DNA from: an uncultured Gammaproteobacteria bacterium
Lineage (GTDB): Bacteria; Pseudomonadota; Gammaproteobacteria; UBA9214
Length of the DNA: 64,000 nt
Direction of reading: 5' to 3'
Assembly: GCA_963748215.1 (NCBI GenBank)
Contig: CAVVHS010000002.1
Coordinates: 128,001-192,000 of the forward strand
The notes beneath the pieces are model-generated. The model worked only from the letters and a program-made list of their open reading frames with translations, was not told the DNA's origin and ran no database searches. A program made the position numbers and the translations under genes. This document shows, one piece after another, positions 59,901 to 64,000 of this stretch (positions are counted from its first letter, which is position 1; each line of letters begins with the position of its first letter).

Positions 59901-60164
59901 TCAGGCGACGTCGGACAGTAACTTTCTGTTTTTTGGCGAGTTAAGGTTGACCGTCTTGGGCTTCGAACCCCTCAGGTAGGCTTCCAGCGTTACCGTCGGG
60001 ATCTGCGCCAGGTCGACCAGCGGGTGCATGGTGCATTTTTCGCAGGCAATCAGCTTCGGCGGCGCACCGGCCGGGGCCTTGCCGACAGGGCGTTCACGCA
60101 GGTTCTTGCAGGTGGTCACGCTCAGATAGGCTTTCTGGGGAATGCAGTAAAACATTGAATCCAT
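59901..60164 (-). CDS. Small Cys-containing hypothetical protein
   Basis: AAGGAG RBS; FYC..TC..CEKC possible metal-binding pattern. Confidence 0.55.
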   Translation of the reverse strand: MDSMFYCIPQKAYLSVTTCKNLRERPVGKAPAGAPPKLIACEKCTMHPLVDLAQIPTVTLEAYLRGSKPKTVNLNSPKNRKLLSDVA

Positions 60165-60314
60165 ATCCAAAACTAAACTCCTTTGGTCCGCGGCAACGCG
60201 GGTATTCGACCCTGATAAAGCGTCAAATAATACCACATTCGGCATGCGAGTGCACACCAGCGCAAGATATATCAATAACTTGGCGTTTACAGGGTAATGC
60301 GGGCAACCGGGTGA

Positions 60315-62150
<1,836 letters not shown>

Positions 62151-62254
62151 AAAACCCTACCTTCCCCAAGCGGGGCTACGCCCCGCGTCAAATCGTCCGT
62201 TACCCGTTACCCGCCGTGTACAACCGCCACTGTTCCACATTTCGCGTATCACGC

Positions 62255-63637
62255 TTACTTCTTTTGCTTTTTCACCGGACGCTTCCAGCCGAGGCGTGTC
62301 TGCTGTTCCGCGCGACTCAGGGTCAGTTCGCCGGCCGGCGCGTCGCGGGTAATGGTCGAACCGGCGCCAATGGTGGCACCGTCCGCGATTGTCACCGGCG
62401 CCACCAGCTGGGTATCCGAACCGATGAACACGTCATTGCCGATAATGGTGCGATGCTTGTTGGCACCATCGTAATTGCAGGTGATGGTGCCGGCACCGAC
62501 ATTCACGCCGCTGCCGATGGTGGTATCACCGATATAGCTCAGGTGATTGACCTTGGAGCCTGCGCCGATATCCGATTTCTTGATTTCGACGAAGTTGCCG
62601 ACATGGGTGTGTTCGGCGAGTTGCGTTTCCGGACGCACGCGTGCGAACGGTCCGATGCGGGACGCGTTGCCGATCACCGCATCCTCGATCACGCAGTTGG
62701 CCAGTATGACGACGTCATCCCCGGCACGCACATTGCGCATGACCACGTTCGGGCCGATGCTCACACGGTTGCCGAGCCGGATTTCGCCTTCCAGCACGGC
62801 ATTCACGTCTATGACCACGTCCTGACCGGCATCCAGCCTGCCGCGCAGGTCGAATCTTGCCGGATCGATCAGCGTCACGCCTTCCCGCATGCAGTCATCC
62901 GCCCGGCGGCGCTGCAGGCAGCGCTCCTGTACCGCCAGTTGCGCACGGTCGTTGATGCCCATGACTTCCTCGATGGAATCCGTCGTGAATCCGCGCACGC
63001 TGACACCGTCGTTGACCGCACGCACGACGATATCGGTGAGATAGAACTCGCCCTGTGCATTGCTGTTGTCGAGTGCGTCGACCCAGCGGCGCAGTTTCGT
63101 GGCCGGTGCGGCGATGAAACCGGTGTTGATTTCGCGAATGGAGCGCTCGGCGGGACTGGCGTCCTTCTCCTCGACAATGCCGCAGATACTGCCGTCGGCA
63201 TTATGCAGGATGCGGCCGTAACCGGTCGGCACCTCAAGCTCCGCCGTGAGTAGCGCGACAAAACCCTGCGCGGCTATCGCGCACAGCGGCTCGAGCGTGT
63301 CCTTTCGGACCAGCGGCACGTCGCCATACATCACCAGCACGGTGTTGCCATCCGGGATGGCCGGCATGGCCTGCGTGACGGCATGGCCGGTGCCGAGCTG
63401 CCGTTCCTGCATGACCCAGTCGACGCCGGCATCGGCGAACTCGCTGCGCACACGGTCCGCACCGTGCCCGATGACAACATGGATATCGGCGGCATCGAGT
63501 TGTCGGGCGCTTTCAATGACGTGGGCGAGCAGCGGCCGGCCGCCCAGTGGATGCAGCACCTTGGGCAGGTCCGAACGCATGCGCGTACCCTGGCCGGCGG
63601 CAAGTATGACGATACTCAGTGGCATATTAGAAGGCAT
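62255..63637 (-). CDS. glmU: Bifunctional UDP-GlcNAc pyrophosphorylase/acetyltransferase
   Basis: LAAGQGTRM..PKVLH, hexapeptide repeats and TCNYDGANK. Confidence 0.97.
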   Translation of the reverse strand: MPSNMPLSIVILAAGQGTRMRSDLPKVLHPLGGRPLLAHVIESARQLDAADIHVVIGHGADRVRSEFADAGVDWVMQERQLGTGHAVTQAMPAIPDGNTVLVMYGDVPLVRKDTLEPLCAIAAQGFVALLTAELEVPTGYGRILHNADGSICGIVEEKDASPAERSIREINTGFIAAPATKLRRWVDALDNSNAQGEFYLTDIVVRAVNDGVSVRGFTTDSIEEVMGINDRAQLAVQERCLQRRRADDCMREGVTLIDPARFDLRGRLDAGQDVVIDVNAVLEGEIRLGNRVSIGPNVVMRNVRAGDDVVILANCVIEDAVIGNASRIGPFARVRPETQLAEHTHVGNFVEIKKSDIGAGSKVNHLSYIGDTTIGSGVNVGAGTITCNYDGANKHRTIIGNDVFIGSDTQLVAPVTIADGATIGAGSTITRDAPAGELTLSRAEQQTRLGWKRPVKKQKK

Positions 63638-63820
63638 ATCGGTCGTCCGGACTATTGCACACTCAACCGCGGGGACGCAAAGAAAATTCCGCCGGCACCG
63701 GGGCGCCGCAGCACGCCACCCGGCCGCACCAGGGCGCTTGCCGGTATTGTTCTGGGATAAGCGGAAAACATGGCCCTTTATCGACCGGGCGGGTAAAAAA
63801 TTTGATGCGACAGAACGGGG

Positions 63821-64000
63821 TCAGTGCAGCACCGGCATAAGCATGGGCTCGACGCCGTTGGCTGACTCTTCCGGGGTGGCATCGCGAATCGCGGTGACCC
63901 TGATGTGAAACACGATGGTCTTGCCGGCCATCGGATGGTTGCCGTCCACCGTCAGCTTGCCGTTCTCGATGCTGGAAACGGTGAATTTCCGCGTATCGCC
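63821..64000 (-). CDS. SlyD-like FKBP peptidyl-prolyl isomerase (C-terminal part only)
   Basis: Manual translation gives ..TVDGNHPMAGKTIVFHIRVTAIRDATPEE..LH*. Confidence 0.85.
   Translation of the reverse strand, partial: GDTRKFTVSSIENGKLTVDGNHPMAGKTIVFHIRVTAIRDATPEESANGVEPMLMPVLH

Overview
This is a GC-rich chromosomal window from a sulfur-oxidizing gammaproteobacterium (inferred from sqr, tusA-dsrE2, a sulfur-globule protein and the dsbA-cytochrome c4-engB-polA synteny). From left to right it holds: a sigma54/NtrC-type nitrate assimilation cluster (PP2C-kinase, narK, nirBD, a nitrate reductase catalytic subunit and a fused 4Fe-4S/DmsC membrane subunit); mobB/moeA debris; sqr; a ferric-reductase-like gene with a tetraheme cytochrome; sucAB-lpdA; cytochrome c5; tRNA-Arg(CCG); ppa; an ars operon; DUF1538-PII-CBS genes; tetR/tusA/dsrE2; core genes; a TRAP transporter; a PAS-GGDEF-EAL protein; an AT-richer IS3-associated patch; uvrD; glmS and glmU. 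The most unusual signals are non-coding. First, 42-55 bp hairpin elements are nested inside one another up to three levels deep, with covarying stems and an empty versus filled site pair visible in this window (23.7-23.9 kb and 25.05-25.2 kb). Second, a sigmaE-promoter-driven candidate sRNA of about 114 nt lies between polA and engB. Third, several further small repeat families occur. Four single-base insertions break otherwise intact genes and look like sequencing errors. No database searches were run, so all calls come from motif recognition.
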